Assembly: GCA_965204495.1 (NCBI GenBank)
Contig: OZ241989.1
Coordinates: 544,312 to 608,311, forward strand
Direction of reading: 5' to 3'
From: Candidatus Hopanoidivoransaceae bacterium
GTDB lineage: Bacteria; Actinomycetota; Acidimicrobiia; Acidimicrobiales; Hopanoidiivorantaceae
Length of the DNA stretch: 64,000 nt
Part shown: piece after piece, positions 63,015 to 64,000 of the stretch
How the letters are laid out: every line of letters starts with the position of its first letter
How positions within the stretch are numbered: the stretch's first letter is position 1
Notes under the pieces: generated by a model
What the model was told of the DNA's origin: nothing
The model's database searches: none
Seen by the model: the letters and a program-made list of their open reading frames with translations, nothing else
Program-made: the position numbers and the translations under genes

Positions 63015-63509
63015 CTAAGAGAGGGGCGGGCTGATATCCAAGGGGTTTTCTGGCAACACCCCTTTCGCCACATCTGGCAGGAACTCGCGCAAGCGGGCAG
63101 GCAGCACCGGCTCTGGGCTGGCCATTAGTTCGCCTATCTCCCACCATTTGGCGCTTTCAAACGCTGCGGCTTCTAGGGCTTCAAGACGCTTCGGCTGCCA
63201 CTGAGCGGGGGCGTCTGTCCAGCCTATGAAGATGGACTCGTCGGATTCAAAGCGCATTCCTGCGAACTCAAACTCCACATATTGCGTCCAAATGCATGGG
63301 CCGAGCGTGACATCGGCGAAGCCCGTCTCTTCGTAGAGCTCACGACGGGCCGCTATGGCGAGGGCTTCGTTGCGGTCTGCGCCGCCGCCGGGGATTTCCC
63401 ACCATGAGGGCTTGTAGGGATCCATCGGGTCGCTGGCCCTCAGCATGAAGATGCGACTTTCGCCGTCCAGCAGAACCACTCGTGCCGCCGGACGGCGCAG
63501 TGTCCACAT
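63015..63509 (-). CDS. NUDIX hydrolase
   Basis: GGGADRNEALAIAARRELYEETG matches the Nudix box Gx5Ex7REUxEExGU. Confidence 0.8.
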   Translation of the reverse strand: MWTLRRPAARVVLLDGESRIFMLRASDPMDPYKPSWWEIPGGGADRNEALAIAARRELYEETGFADVTLGPCIWTQYVEFEFAGMRFESDESIFIGWTDAPAQWQPKRLEALEAAAFESAKWWEIGELMASPEPVLPARLREFLPDVAKGVLPENPLDISPPLS

Positions 63510-63578
63510 TTGATGCGGTGTCTTGCTTTGCTGCGCTCAGATTTGCTGCGACAAGAGCCTGTCTTAGGACTTGAGACT

Positions 63579-64000
63579 TTATCGCGGAACCAAGCCGCCG
63601 TCGTAGTTGATGGTGCAGCCCGTCATAAAGCTGGATGCTTCGGTCGCCATGAATAAAGCCAGGCCGATGAGCTCGTCCGGCACGGCTGCTCGCCCGAGGA
63701 GCGAGGCTTTGGCCATAGACTGCTGGCGTTCTTCGGTTTGGGCGCGAACCATGTCGGTGTCTATCGTGCCGGGGGCCATGCAATTCACTCTGATGCCGTG
63801 CGGGGCGAGGTCGGCGGCCAGTGAGCGGGTGTAGGAGATCAAGCCTGCTTTGGCAGCGGCATATATATGGGTGAATGCGGAAAAAAGATAGCCGCCCGCG
63901 CTGGAGACATTGATGACCGAGGCGTGCTCGCTGGCTTTGAGATACGGCAGGGCTTCTTGGACGAGGAAAACAGGCCCGCGCAGGTTCACATCAAAAGACT
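63579..64000 (-). CDS. SDR-family oxidoreductase, 5' end outside window
   Basis: The catalytic motif is YAAAKAGL (YxxxK). VINVSSAGG and IRVNCMAPGTIDTDM are classical-SDR blocks. The frame stays open to the window edge (..SFDVNLRGP). Confidence 0.8.
   Translation of the reverse strand, partial: SFDVNLRGPVFLVQEALPYLKASEHASVINVSSAGGYLFSAFTHIYAAAKAGLISYTRSLAADLAPHGIRVNCMAPGTIDTDMVRAQTEERQQSMAKASLLGRAAVPDELIGLALFMATEASSFMTGCTINYDGGLVPR

Overview
This 64-kb window comes from a moderately high-GC chromosome, roughly 55-60% GC by eye. It is almost certainly Actinomycetota. The evidence is a class E sortase, a septum-formation-domain lipoprotein, LLM/F420-type oxidoreductases, and the actinobacterial synteny rpsB-tsf-pyrH next to M23 peptidase-xerC-dprA-comM. 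An Acidimicrobiia-like lineage is possible, but only at low confidence.

The core content is as follows:
- Two Liv-type amino-acid ABC transporter clusters (7.7-12.0 kb and 56.8-62.4 kb).
- Two adjacent fold-type-II PLP enzymes.
- An XdhD-like molybdo-hydroxylase / SsnA-like amidohydrolase / N-carbamoyl-amino-acid hydrolase cluster.
- The rpsB-tsf-pyrH block.
- A complete System I cytochrome c maturation operon, ccmABCDEFGH (46.5-54.2 kb).

The accessory content is as follows:
- Tandem paralogous lipoprotein genes flanking an RTX-repeat gene (2.4-4.8 kb).
- A small toxin-antitoxin patch (14.2-16.7 kb).
- A ~17-kb flexible island (29.5-46.5 kb) between comM and ccmH.

The island carries a Fic gene, orphan ORFs, and a LytR_C-domain lipoprotein followed by a 1,736-aa secreted protein with no domain I can recognise. 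It also carries two strongly AT-rich insertions: an orphan ORF, and a GmrSD-like type IV restriction gene inside a decayed type I R-M locus. The remaining content is an IS1595-family transposase pseudogene, a Fic N-terminal fragment, and an in-frame relic of a second, diverged giant-protein gene at the right border.

I found no rRNA, tRNA or CRISPR array. The best candidate for something undescribed is the lipoprotein plus giant-protein module, together with its shared upstream 37-nt motif and a conserved RPRQRND..PRDRYVPGL motif that recurs in a second lipoprotein 18 kb away.

All functional calls rest on motif recognition by eye. No database search was run.
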